A stretch of 41,641 nt of DNA from Candidatus Moraniibacteriota bacterium (GTDB taxonomy: Bacteria > Patescibacteriota > Minisyncoccia > Moranbacterales > UBA2206). Shown here in pieces: positions 17,927 through 26,634 of the stretch. The notes below the pieces were generated by a model. That model did not search any database and was not told the origin of the DNA. It saw only the letters and a program-made list of their open reading frames with translations. A program made the translations under genes and the position numbers. Location of the stretch: positions 1-41,641 of the forward strand of contig DAIEIZ010000007.1 of NCBI GenBank assembly GCA_027351145.1, written 5' to 3'. The stretch's first letter is position 1; each line of letters starts with the position of its first letter.

Positions 17927-18643
17927 CTACCACCCTTTTTCCTCCAGAGCCTTTTCGGCGGCATTTCTTTGCGCTTCTTGCTTAGAAAGTCCCTCTCCTT
18001 TTGCCACCATTTCTTCCCCAATATAGGCTCCGATGACAAATTTTTTGTCATGATCCGGTCCAGTTTCCTCCAGTACGCGATAAGAAGGTGTGAGACCGGC
18101 CCGCTCTTGCGCTTCCTCCTGGAAACGACTTTTAGCATCCAAGTAGAGCTTCTTTTCAATGATATTGGGCAATTTCGTCACAACGTGCTTTAGAATAAAC
18201 TGCTTGCAAGCAGCATAGCCCTTTGTTTTTTGATCAAGATAGATCGCTCCGGTAATTGCCTCAAAAGCATTAGCCAAAAGATATTGCCTTGCTCGCCCCT
18301 TGTCCTTAGCCTCGCCACGACTCATCATCAAAAATTCTTCCACGCCAATCTCGCGAGAAATTGTCGCGAGCATCTCACCATTCACCAGCGCCGCACGCCA
18401 ATTAGTCATCTCGCCTTCGGGATTGTTGGGATAGTTATTATAGAGATATTCCGTCACAACCAATTCCAAAACAGCATCACCCAAAAATTCCAAGCGCTCA
18501 TTGTGTTCCAGCTTATAATCCCGATGCTCGTTCAAATATGACCGATGAGTAACGGCTTGTTGCAAGAGATCAATGTTATTAAACTTTATCCCAACCTTTT
18601 TTGCTAATTCTTCAATCACAAGAATAAAATTTTCAAGTTTCAA
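17927..18643 (-). CDS. rnc: Ribonuclease III
   Basis: Contains LLQQAVTHRSY, NERLEFLGDAVLELVV and a C-terminal dsRBD (..SKQEAQRNAAEKALE). There is no ATG. The start is either TTG at 18641-18643 or GTG at 18617-18619. Confidence 0.9.
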   Translation of the reverse strand: MKLENFILVIEELAKKVGIKFNNIDLLQQAVTHRSYLNEHRDYKLEHNERLEFLGDAVLELVVTEYLYNNYPNNPEGEMTNWRAALVNGEMLATISREIGVEEFLMMSRGEAKDKGRARQYLLANAFEAITGAIYLDQKTKGYAACKQFILKHVVTKLPNIIEKKLYLDAKSRFQEEAQERAGLTPSYRVLEETGPDHDKKFVIGAYIGEEMVAKGEGLSKQEAQRNAAEKALEEKGW

Positions 18644-18657
18644 TTTTCAATTTTCAA
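18630..18657. repeat. Four tandem heptamers (TTTTCAA/GTTTCAA) spanning the rnc start codon
   Basis: TTTTCAA GTTTCAA TTTTCAA TTTTCAA, read directly from the sequence. An inverted 11-mer AAATTGAAAAT lies at about 18690-18700. Confidence 0.6.
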
Positions 18658-18759
18658 ACAATTGCCAATCTATCAATGATTTAATTTCCAAATTGAAAAT
18701 CATGCATCAAAAATTGTTTAAAAAAATTTAAAATTAAAAATTTAAAATTAAAAAAATAA

Positions 18760-19266
18760 TTAACTTGTTTTTTCATTTTTTGACTCACCAACCCCTTTGC
18801 TTTTATCAGACTTTTTATTTTTCTTCGTCGTATCATCCTTCATTGGCTCGCCTAATTCACGATAAATTGTCCCGAGCACACCATTGACAAACCGTCCGGA
18901 AGATTCTCCACCAAAAGACTTGGCCAGCTCAATCGCTTCATTGATTGCTACTTTTGGCGGGACTTCTTCATAGTTGCCAAAAAGCAATTCGCAAATTCCT
19001 AAACGTAAGATATTGCGGTCAACTAAGGTTACTTGATCAAGTGGCCACTCTGGAGCGCATTTTTCAATCAATGGATCAATTTTGCCTTGATTATCCAGTG
19101 TTGTTTTCACTAATGTTTCCACAAACGACGAATCATCCATCCCGGGAGCAAACTCCCTGATATTTTTTTGCATAATTTCAGCAACCATCTCCTTTTTTCC
19201 ACCCTTAAAATCCCACTCATAGAGAGATTGCATTGCTATTGACCGTGATAGGTGCCTATTTGCCAT
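18760..19266 (-). CDS. nusB: Transcription antitermination factor NusB, with a Lys-rich C-terminal tail
   Basis: Contains [20 protein letters not shown] and ..[25 protein letters not shown]. Confidence 0.85.
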   Translation of the reverse strand: MANRHLSRSIAMQSLYEWDFKGGKKEMVAEIMQKNIREFAPGMDDSSFVETLVKTTLDNQGKIDPLIEKCAPEWPLDQVTLVDRNILRLGICELLFGNYEEVPPKVAINEAIELAKSFGGESSGRFVNGVLGTIYRELGEPMKDDTTKKNKKSDKSKGVGESKNEKTS

Positions 19267-19281
19267 TTTTTATGTTTTTGC

Positions 19282-19488
19282 TTATTTTTTCTTCGCTTTG
19301 CGGGTGAGTTTTTTGGTAGTATCAATCACCTCTTTCCCCTTATATTGACCGCAATTGCTACACACAACATGAGCTTCAATTTGAGTCTTACAATTTGTGC
19401 ATTCCACTAAATTCTTCGGTTTTAGTTTGTAGAACACTCGGGCTCTGTCTCTTCGGGCCTTAGTATGGCGTTTTCTTGCTACTGGCAT
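19282..19488 (-). CDS. rpmF: 50S ribosomal protein L32
   Basis: Contains MPVARKRHTKARRDRAR and a CxxC...CxxC zinc ribbon (CTNC..CSNC). Confidence 0.9.
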   Translation of the reverse strand: MPVARKRHTKARRDRARVFYKLKPKNLVECTNCKTQIEAHVVCSNCGQYKGKEVIDTTKKLTRKAKKK

Positions 19489-19518
19489 AGTTTAAATATA
19501 ATAGTTAATGTCCTACGT

Positions 19519-19547
19519 AATATATCATCAATATTGTTATTTGGCAA
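19519..19547 (-). promoter_or_regulatory. Putative sigma70-type promoter for rpmF-nusB
   Basis: The minus strand reads TTGCCA (19547-19542), a 17-nt spacer, then TATATT (19524-19519). It is about 30 nt upstream of the rpmF ATG. Confidence 0.4.
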
Positions 19548-19634
19548 ATGGGCACCTTCCGTATAAACACAACATTACCACATCTAACTGACCGCGCTAG
19601 ATCAAGCCGGAAGACGCAAAATTTTGCGTCTCTG

Positions 19635-20381
19635 CTATTTGTCCGATAATTCCACGCTTTTAATCACAACATTCTCAATTGGACGATCAGGTGTTGTTGT
19701 TTTAACATTTTCAATCTTAAGTGCGACATCAATTCCGCTAACCACCTCACCGAAAACTGTATAGCTCGGAGGAAGTGGCGCAGAAGGACTAGCCGTTACA
19801 ATAAAAAACTGGCTACCATTGGTATTAGGACCAGCATTAGCCATTGCCAGCGTTCCCTGTGCGTATGTTTCTTTTCCTGTCAGTTCATCCTTGAATTTAT
19901 ATCCGGGACCCCCTGTTCCCCAACTGCTCGTCACTGCGTCATTCTTAGAAAGCGGGTCACCGGCTTGAATCATGAAGCCCTTGATCACGCGATGAAATTT
20001 TGTGTTGTTATAGAAATTAGCCTGGGCCAACTGTAAAAAATTAGTCACGGCAAGCGGAGCATCCGTGCTTTTAAATTTAACTTTGATATCCCCCAGACTG
20101 GTTTTAATTGTGGCAAAGGGATATTTCTTAATCAAATCTTGATTAACCGCTGGCGCCGTTGGTACATTTGAACTCATATTATTATTTTGATTTAGTGAAT
20201 TATTTAAATTAACATTTTCCTGCTTTGTGGCATTAGCCACGTCTTCATGCGCTTTATTATCTACGCCAAGAAGACCGCCCGATACTCCGGAATTATCCGC
20301 ACGATTATCACTGGCACAACCGGAAAACAACACGATAAGCAAAAATAGTCCGCACACGCCCAAGATTCTTTTTATTTGCAT
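19635..20381 (-). CDS. Cyclophilin-type peptidyl-prolyl cis-trans isomerase, lipoprotein
   Basis: Lipobox LFSGC after the signal peptide. Cyclophilin core FHRVIKGFMIQAGDP and NGSQFFI. Confidence 0.85.
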   Translation of the reverse strand: MQIKRILGVCGLFLLIVLFSGCASDNRADNSGVSGGLLGVDNKAHEDVANATKQENVNLNNSLNQNNNMSSNVPTAPAVNQDLIKKYPFATIKTSLGDIKVKFKSTDAPLAVTNFLQLAQANFYNNTKFHRVIKGFMIQAGDPLSKNDAVTSSWGTGGPGYKFKDELTGKETYAQGTLAMANAGPNTNGSQFFIVTASPSAPLPPSYTVFGEVVSGIDVALKIENVKTTTPDRPIENVVIKSVELSDK

Positions 20382-20457
20382 ATTTTTAAAAAATTATTTT
20401 TTACCTTTACATATTTTAACTGCAATTTCGAAAATTGTCGAGAAGCAAAAAATATCC

Positions 20458-21396
20458 TTAATTTTCCGCCACTACCTCGCAAACACCCTTGGCACTCGCG
20501 CAAGCATAAACCACGTCACCCAACTCATCTGTACGTAAAATATTAATCTTGTCATTTTGCAAACGATTCAGAACTTCTACAGTCGGGTGGCCATAGCGAT
20601 TACCCTTTCCCACGGAAATAACCGCATCTTTGGGATGCACAAGATCCAGCCATTGAGTACTAGTCGCCGATTTAGATCCGTGATGTGAAATCTTGAGCAC
20701 ATTAGCGCTCAATGGCAAATTAGCACTCAATAACTGATTTTCCGCTTCCAATGGCAAGTCACCAGTAAAAAGAAAACTGTTTTCGCCATAAGTCAGTTTT
20801 GCGACAATACTGGCTGAATTAGTATCGCCTTTCAAGCCGGAAATAATAGCATCGACAGGACTGAATATTTCCAAACTCGCATCATCTGAAAGTTTTATCC
20901 TCATCCCCCGCCTCGCCAGTTGTTTTTCCACTTTCTTTTCTTCAATTGTTTTTTCCAGCGCGCCAAAAACTTGCGACTCACTTTTCGCTCCGCTTTCGAT
21001 CACTTCATCGACAGAATAATTCTTCAAGACATCAACAAGGCCTGTGATGTGATCCGCGTCCGGATGCGTGGCGATTACCACATCAATTTTGCGATCCCAA
21101 AAAGGCACATATTCTCCCAATTTTTCCATTAGCTTTTGCCCGCTTGGTCCGCCGTCAATAAGAATTTGTTTCTCCCCTTCTGAAATTAAAATCGCATCGC
21201 CTTGTCCCACATCCAAAAAGGCTACTTGCAATTTTTGACTTTCCGCGCAAGTTCTGACGCCAAAAAAAATCAGACTAAAAGTCAAGAGGATTCCGAGAGA
21301 AAAATAGATTAGTTTGCGATTTGGCACGTTGTTTTTTTCTTGAAATAATAAACCACACCTATCAAAATTATATACCAAACAACCATCCCCTGCCAC
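20458..21396 (-). CDS. comEC: ComEC C-terminal metallo-beta-lactamase domain segment (frameshifted continuation of 21309-22790)
   Basis: Contains VAFLDVGQGDAILI and ATHPDADHITGL. There is no ATG in the 5' part; the ORF track uses GTG at 21396. It overlaps the upstream segment by 88 nt. Confidence 0.75.
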   Translation of the reverse strand: MAGDGCLVYNFDRCGLLFQEKNNVPNRKLIYFSLGILLTFSLIFFGVRTCAESQKLQVAFLDVGQGDAILISEGEKQILIDGGPSGQKLMEKLGEYVPFWDRKIDVVIATHPDADHITGLVDVLKNYSVDEVIESGAKSESQVFGALEKTIEEKKVEKQLARRGMRIKLSDDASLEIFSPVDAIISGLKGDTNSASIVAKLTYGENSFLFTGDLPLEAENQLLSANLPLSANVLKISHHGSKSATSTQWLDLVHPKDAVISVGKGNRYGHPTVEVLNRLQNDKINILRTDELGDVVYACASAKGVCEVVAEN

Positions 21397-22790
21397 GAAA
21401 GCCCGATTTCCATGGCAGAAAATTTAAGACTGGCTAAAAAATTAATTACTATTATTTCATAGCGCAAAGGCAGATAGGCTAACCAAGAAAAAAGAATCGC
21501 CAGTGGCTGAAAAATAAAGCTGACCGCCACTGCCAAAAATCCCAAAAGCATCGTGATGGGCAGAATTGGCAAAACCAGGATATTGCTAAGCGATGAAATG
21601 ATTGAGAGTATTTTAAAATTAAAAAGAATGATTGGCAAAACAAAAATTTGCGCGGACAGCGACATAAACAAAATTTCCGCGATGAACAAAATCGCGGTTG
21701 GATATTTTTTTAGCTTTTCCTCAAAATATTTTTCGAATATTGGATAGAAATAAATAATGCCGATTGTGGCGAGAAATGACAATTGAAATCCGACATCATA
21801 GCGAAGAAGGAGAGGATTCCACCATAGCATCACTGCCGCTGAACACAAAATAGCGTTCCCAGCGTTAGCTAAACGTCCATTTTTCATTGCATAGAGCAAT
21901 AGTGTTCCCATAACGCCGGCGCGAATAGCGGATGAGGGAAAGCCGGTCATGAGAATGAAAATCCAAATGCCAATGAGCGCAAACCAAAACGCTTGGCGAC
22001 GCCAAAGCCCCAAGAAAAATCCCAAGACCATCAAATATTGCGCCACGATTGTGATGTTGTATCCGGACACGGCTACGATATGCGTCATACCGGTACGTGA
22101 AAAATTAGCTTGAATTTCCTTGGAAAGATTTCCGCTCCCGCCAATGATCAGCCCCTCAAGCAGTCCCGCTTCCGGCGAAGGAATGAGCGAATAAATTTTG
22201 GCACTAAATTTATTTTTCAACGCCACCACTGTGCCATAGAGCCTATTGCCCAAATTCTGGCCGGATTTTTCAATGTTTGGTTTTTGACAGATGTAAAAAA
22301 TGTCTTGCCGCGCCAAATAGGCCTTGTAGTCAAAATCGCTATCCGCCGTATTTTTAGGCATCTCAAGGTTGCATTTTAAATCAATTTCTTCGCCATAAGC
22401 ATAATTTTTAAATGCACTTTCCTGAATCAATATGCTGTAATCCATATTACTGGAGGAAAATATCAATTCTTGCTTGCTATCTCTTATTTTCGGCTCCGCA
22501 GAAATCATACCGCGCCCGGAAAAATCCACAGTTTCCGGCTCGCTGGAAAATGAAATTATTTTATCCATTTTTTTCTGCATGACAAAAAAGCCGAAGGCAA
22601 AAAATAAAAGTGCCAAAGAAATTAATATCACTTTTCTTTGCCCATAGAAAACAAAAGGAATAATAACCGCTAAAAGCAAGACCAGATGCACAAAAAAAGT
22701 ACCCAGGAAACTTGGATAAAAAAACGAGGCGCCAAAAACTCCAGAGATATTGCTCAAAGATACCACCAAAAAAATCCTTGCTTTGTCCAT
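21309..22790 (-). CDS. comEC: ComEC/Rec2 DNA internalisation channel, N-terminal (DUF4131 plus Competence) segment
   Basis: 493 aa, polytopic. Contains ..FSRTGMTHIVAVSGYNITIV.. (Competence domain). It ends 8 codons after an A7 run (T7 on plus, 21332-21338). Confidence 0.8.
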   Translation of the reverse strand: MDKARIFLVVSLSNISGVFGASFFYPSFLGTFFVHLVLLLAVIIPFVFYGQRKVILISLALLFFAFGFFVMQKKMDKIISFSSEPETVDFSGRGMISAEPKIRDSKQELIFSSSNMDYSILIQESAFKNYAYGEEIDLKCNLEMPKNTADSDFDYKAYLARQDIFYICQKPNIEKSGQNLGNRLYGTVVALKNKFSAKIYSLIPSPEAGLLEGLIIGGSGNLSKEIQANFSRTGMTHIVAVSGYNITIVAQYLMVLGFFLGLWRRQAFWFALIGIWIFILMTGFPSSAIRAGVMGTLLLYAMKNGRLANAGNAILCSAAVMLWWNPLLLRYDVGFQLSFLATIGIIYFYPIFEKYFEEKLKKYPTAILFIAEILFMSLSAQIFVLPIILFNFKILSIISSLSNILVLPILPITMLLGFLAVAVSFIFQPLAILFSWLAYLPLRYEIIVINFLASLKFSAMEIGLSWQGMVVWYIILIGVVYYFKKKTTCQIAN

Positions 22791-22797
22791 GAAAACA

Positions 22798-23031
22798 TTA
22801 TAGCAAATTCATTCCTTCAACATCCACTATCTTCCTGCATGTGCTTTTTCCACCAACAATCAATATGGCGCTTTTAGCCACATCAAAATAATCAGCCAAA
22901 AGTTTCACGAGCGACTCATTGGCTTTTCCGTCCACTGGTGGCGCATTCAAGTGTACGCGATATTCTCCCTCGCTGATTTTTTCCACAATATTTCGTGAAG
23001 AACGCGGGATAACTTTTACATAGATTCTCAT
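22798..23031 (-). CDS. DUF167 (YggU/UPF0235) family protein
   Basis: 77 aa with IYVKVIPRSSRN...LNAPPVDGKANESLVKLLADYF. Confidence 0.75.
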   Translation of the reverse strand: MRIYVKVIPRSSRNIVEKISEGEYRVHLNAPPVDGKANESLVKLLADYFDVAKSAILIVGGKSTCRKIVDVEGMNLL

Positions 23032-23203
23032 TTGTTTTTCATCTGAAGGAGATAAACTTCGATAGAGATTTAGGCATAATTTTGCTTATTGATAGTCCTT
23101 CAAGCTACTATTTATTATACATCATTATGTCTTTTCTTGTTATTATCGGAATAATAAAACTTCTTCGAATCATACTGGCAGGTTACCTGTTGGAAAAACC
23201 TAT

Positions 23204-23869
23204 TTAGTCATTCTGCTCCGCTCCTCCCGCATCTTTGGAAATTTGCACGGTTTGAAGCTTATACCCGGGCGTACTGACTGTCACGTCAAATACCATTTTA
23301 TTGGGAGATTTATAATACAAGCTGTTTTTATTGGCAGAAAAATGACCAGCCTCCGTTCCGCCGTCAAAATGAATGCTTTGCGTCTCGCCGCTTTTCAAAA
23401 CAAAACTGGTTAATTTTTTATAATACCCTTCCTTTTGACCGGTTACCATATCAGTAATTTGATAATAGACCTCAAAATCAGTCAAATCCTTGCCGACCGT
23501 ATTTTTCAAGGCCAATTCCAAATGATCATCAATTACCTTGCCAGCCTTGTCAACATTATTTTCCACCAAGCTGCCCGCGATTGTAAAACCTTCTTGCGTG
23601 GAAGTATTCTGAATCGGATTTTTATAAAGACCGGCGACAACGTCTTGCGGATCATCCGTCGAAACACTGGGATTTGCCACCGCCGGCACGCCGGAGGTAT
23701 TGATCGCTGCCACGTTTTTTTCCGCTGGCTTATTATTAGCAGTTGCTGGCTGCTTCTGCGCCGTTAGTTGAATTGGCGCTGAACTTTTTTTGGGCCTGCT
23801 GGCGATAACACACACACCAATCGCCAAAACGGCAATCGCTCCCGTAAAATACCAAATCTTTTTTTGCAT
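23204..23869 (-). CDS. Hypothetical membrane-anchored or secreted protein, last gene of the ABC-2 transporter unit
   Basis: N-terminal TM IWYFTGAIAVLAIGVCVIA, a low-complexity linker, then a roughly 130-aa domain of unknown family. Confidence 0.55.
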   Translation of the reverse strand: MQKKIWYFTGAIAVLAIGVCVIASRPKKSSAPIQLTAQKQPATANNKPAEKNVAAINTSGVPAVANPSVSTDDPQDVVAGLYKNPIQNTSTQEGFTIAGSLVENNVDKAGKVIDDHLELALKNTVGKDLTDFEVYYQITDMVTGQKEGYYKKLTSFVLKSGETQSIHFDGGTEAGHFSANKNSLYYKSPNKMVFDVTVSTPGYKLQTVQISKDAGGAEQND

Positions 23870-23897
23870 ATTTTTGAAATTAATATTTATTAAAAAA

Positions 23898-24881
23898 TTA
23901 TTCCTCTTTCCATAGCACTCTTTTTTTCACAAAAATCACCGCTCCGAACACGCCAAATAGAAGACTGGCCAAGCTTATCCACCAACCATCAATAGCTCTT
24001 TCGCTAAAAATAAACTCCAGTGATTTTCCGTTATAAGTATCTTTGATTCCCAAAAAGGCGAACGCCAGACGTTCATAGTGCTTGGTCAATGAGGTTTGTT
24101 CCAAATTATCACGCATTTTTTCATAGTGTGAAAATTTCGCCAAAATAGCAGTTTGATCCGCTTTTACCATATGCAAACTATTGAAAAGTCCGCCCGGAAC
24201 TTGATTGTCCGGGTCCATCGTATCTCCGATTTGCGGAATAATCAGCACAAAAAGAATCCAGATTACAAAAGAAATAATTAAAGCATTGGGCAATGACTTC
24301 AGCAAAATAGATAATAGAGTTGAAATTGAGAAAAAAATCAGGAGATAGATTATAGTAAAAATAAAAGTAAGAAATATTCGATACAACTGACTGCCTGTTA
24401 GCATCGTTTTTCCAACAATATCCACCACTAAAGTTATTCCGACAAAAACGATACCCGATACGGAAATAATCAGCAAAGCATTTCCCAAAAACTTTCCCAA
24501 ATACACGGAAAATCTACTAATTGGTCGGGTGAGAATTAACTGCAAAGTGTTATTGCCTTTTTCTTTGGCGATACTCAAATAACCCAAGACAATCGCTAAA
24601 ATCGCTCCAATGATTTCCAGATATTCAATCGCTCCGCGCAAAAGTTGCAGAGGAAAAAATTGCGGCTCAGATAAATTTTCCACTACTTGGCCGCTTTGCC
24701 GCAATTTAAGCAATGCATTTTGATACACAGCCACTTTTCCTTGAAAATCAAATGCCGCGACGATAATAGACACGCCAATCAGAAACAGCAAGAAAAAAAG
24801 AAACACCAAAAATACTCGATTCTTCAACGCATCGGCATATTCCTTTTTTGCCACAGTAAAAATTTTTGCGAAATTATTCAT
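23898..24881 (-). CDS. ABC-2 family transporter permease
   Basis: 327 aa, 6 TM with a large first extracytoplasmic loop. 8-nt overlap with the upstream permease. Confidence 0.7.
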   Translation of the reverse strand: MNNFAKIFTVAKKEYADALKNRVFLVFLFFLLFLIGVSIIVAAFDFQGKVAVYQNALLKLRQSGQVVENLSEPQFFPLQLLRGAIEYLEIIGAILAIVLGYLSIAKEKGNNTLQLILTRPISRFSVYLGKFLGNALLIISVSGIVFVGITLVVDIVGKTMLTGSQLYRIFLTFIFTIIYLLIFFSISTLLSILLKSLPNALIISFVIWILFVLIIPQIGDTMDPDNQVPGGLFNSLHMVKADQTAILAKFSHYEKMRDNLEQTSLTKHYERLAFAFLGIKDTYNGKSLEFIFSERAIDGWWISLASLLFGVFGAVIFVKKRVLWKEE

Positions 24882-25827
24882 AAATATTTTCTTCTTGAAT
24901 TGTATAATTGCGAATTGAATAAAAACACAAACTTAAACATACGCCGATTGCAATAAGAAGGATAAATAATTTGCCACTATTATCCCGAAGAGCGCTTCCG
25001 ATGCCTGCGTTTGTTATTTGCAATGAATTATTGAGCAGTTGGCTGGAAAAAGAAGTATAGTGCCAACCGAGAGAAAGCGGACCGAGATAGGTTCGCATCA
25101 GCGCAAAAAACGTTCCGTCCGGAGCAACTTGATCCATTGTGACAGGATTAAGGAGGGCTGTCGGGGTTTGCCCGGAAACCAATTCCGGCAAAACAAAACT
25201 AATCCCCACCCAAATACAAACCGGGACAAACAGCGCCAGCGATTCGCTTTTAGTTTTAATGGCAAATAGCAACCCGACGAGTGCAAAAAAAAGCAGATAA
25301 AAAAAAGAAAGGGCATAGAAGAGAAAAAGTCTCTCAATATCACTCGCAACCAAATGCCGAAAAGGCAATAGCAGTGATGAAAAAACGCTTACAATAAAAG
25401 TAGCGCTGATGATGGCGAAAAGAGCCAAAGAAATCCCCAAAACTTTTCCAAAAAACAATTTTTCCGCTAAAATCGGCCGCGTTAAAAGCAATGGCAGAGC
25501 GCCTGATTTGCGCTCTCGAATAAAACTGCGATGGCCGACCACAATCGCCAAGAGCGAACCGATCAGAAAAATATAGACAATCACATTGCGAAAATTCGTG
25601 AGTGCCGGAAGCGCGTTCAAGGGGTTGGCCGGAATATTATCCGTCCCGGCTTGATGGAGAAATTCCACTGAAGCATTATAAATTGAAGTTGTTGTTGTCG
25701 TGGCAACCAAACCGATAAAAGAAGACGCTAGCGTCATTAAAATAAAAATCGCCAAAAGCAAAAAAAATACACGCTCTCGAAAAAGCACTTTAACTTCTTG
25801 AATTGCAATAGTAAAGATAATTGGCAT
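24874..25827 (-). CDS. ABC-2 family transporter permease
   Basis: 317 aa, 6 TM, same architecture as 23898-24881. Directly follows the ATPase gene. Confidence 0.7.
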   Translation of the reverse strand: MPIIFTIAIQEVKVLFRERVFFLLLAIFILMTLASSFIGLVATTTTTSIYNASVEFLHQAGTDNIPANPLNALPALTNFRNVIVYIFLIGSLLAIVVGHRSFIRERKSGALPLLLTRPILAEKLFFGKVLGISLALFAIISATFIVSVFSSLLLPFRHLVASDIERLFLFYALSFFYLLFFALVGLLFAIKTKSESLALFVPVCIWVGISFVLPELVSGQTPTALLNPVTMDQVAPDGTFFALMRTYLGPLSLGWHYTSFSSQLLNNSLQITNAGIGSALRDNSGKLFILLIAIGVCLSLCFYSIRNYTIQEENIYE

Positions 25828-25832
25828 ATTTT

Positions 25833-26567
25833 TTATTCTCCTATGGTAAAATAGATATCCTCCAGGGATTCTTCGTCGGAAAATCTTTTGAGCATATTCT
25901 CCAGTGTTTCTTTATATACAAGCTTTCCGTGATTCAAAACTCCAATTGTTGTGCAGACTTTCGCCACCTCCGAAAGCAGATGCGTATTCATAAAAATGGT
26001 CATTCTTTTTTCCCTGTTCAACTTCAAAATGACTTCCCGCAATTTTTTGATGCCCATCGGATCAAGCCCGGAAGTTGGCTCATCTAAAAACAAAACTTTC
26101 GGTTCATGCATAATCGCTTGAGCAATGCCGATCCGCTGACGCATCCCTTTTGAAAATTCCCCCAGCTTTTTATGCTCAATGCCGGTAAATTCAATAAATT
26201 CCAAAACTTCAGTAACTTTTTCTTTGGAATTTTTAATGCCGGAAAGCTTGGCAAAATATTCCAAATTTTCACTTGCAGTCAGATTATCATAAAATTTCAC
26301 ATTCTCCGGCAAATAGCCAATACTTTTTTTCACTTCCATGCTTCCTTTTACCGTATCGAATCCGCAAATTTCAGCACTGCCGGAAGTTGGCACGAGCAGT
26401 GTTGTGAGAATATTAACTGTGGTGGTTTTCCCCGCACCGTTGTGTCCCAGAAATCCAAAAATCTCCCCTTCCGCAACAGCTAAATTAAGATTGTCCAAAA
26501 CTGCTTTTCCATCATATTTTTTTGTGAGTGATTTGGTTTCAATAATGAAGCGATTATTTTTTTTCAT
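25833..26567 (-). CDS. ABC transporter ATP-binding protein
   Basis: Walker A GHNGAGKTTT, signature-like FSKGMRQR, Walker B VLFLDEPTSGLD. Confidence 0.9.
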   Translation of the reverse strand: MKKNNRFIIETKSLTKKYDGKAVLDNLNLAVAEGEIFGFLGHNGAGKTTTVNILTTLLVPTSGSAEICGFDTVKGSMEVKKSIGYLPENVKFYDNLTASENLEYFAKLSGIKNSKEKVTEVLEFIEFTGIEHKKLGEFSKGMRQRIGIAQAIMHEPKVLFLDEPTSGLDPMGIKKLREVILKLNREKRMTIFMNTHLLSEVAKVCTTIGVLNHGKLVYKETLENMLKRFSDEESLEDIYFTIGE

Positions 26568-26616
26568 AATAGTTCAATATAAATATTTTAACTATAACAA
26601 ATAATAAAAGAACGAG

Positions 26617-26634
26617 ATGAATACCTTATGAATA
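26617..26634 (-). promoter_or_regulatory. ATGAA direct-repeat box (putative OmpR-family response-regulator site) upstream of the ABC transporter unit
   Basis: Plus strand ATGAATACCTTATGAATA. Half-sites are 11 bp apart. It is 49 nt upstream of the ATPase ATG and overlaps the HK1 stop codon. Confidence 0.45.

Noticed and set aside
17899-18159. 86-aa minus-strand ORF overlapping rnc in another frame
   Set aside because: It is embedded in the RNase III coding region, whose frame carries the catalytic and dsRBD motifs. It has only basic low-complexity sequence.
18727-18754. Tandem 14-mer TTTAAAATTAAAAA repeated twice, and other AT-rich repeats, considered as a possible CRISPR array or minisatellite
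   Set aside because: There are only two adjacent copies, no spacers and no cas genes. This is AT-rich intergenic low complexity.
23127-23207. 26-codon plus-strand ORF (MSFLVIIGIIKLLRIILAGYLLEKPI) in the 172-bp gap after DUF167, considered as a type I toxin-like hydrophobic peptide
   Set aside because: There is no recognisable RBS, promoter or antisense RNA feature, and ORFs of this size arise by chance in AT-rich DNA. It cannot be supported from sequence alone.
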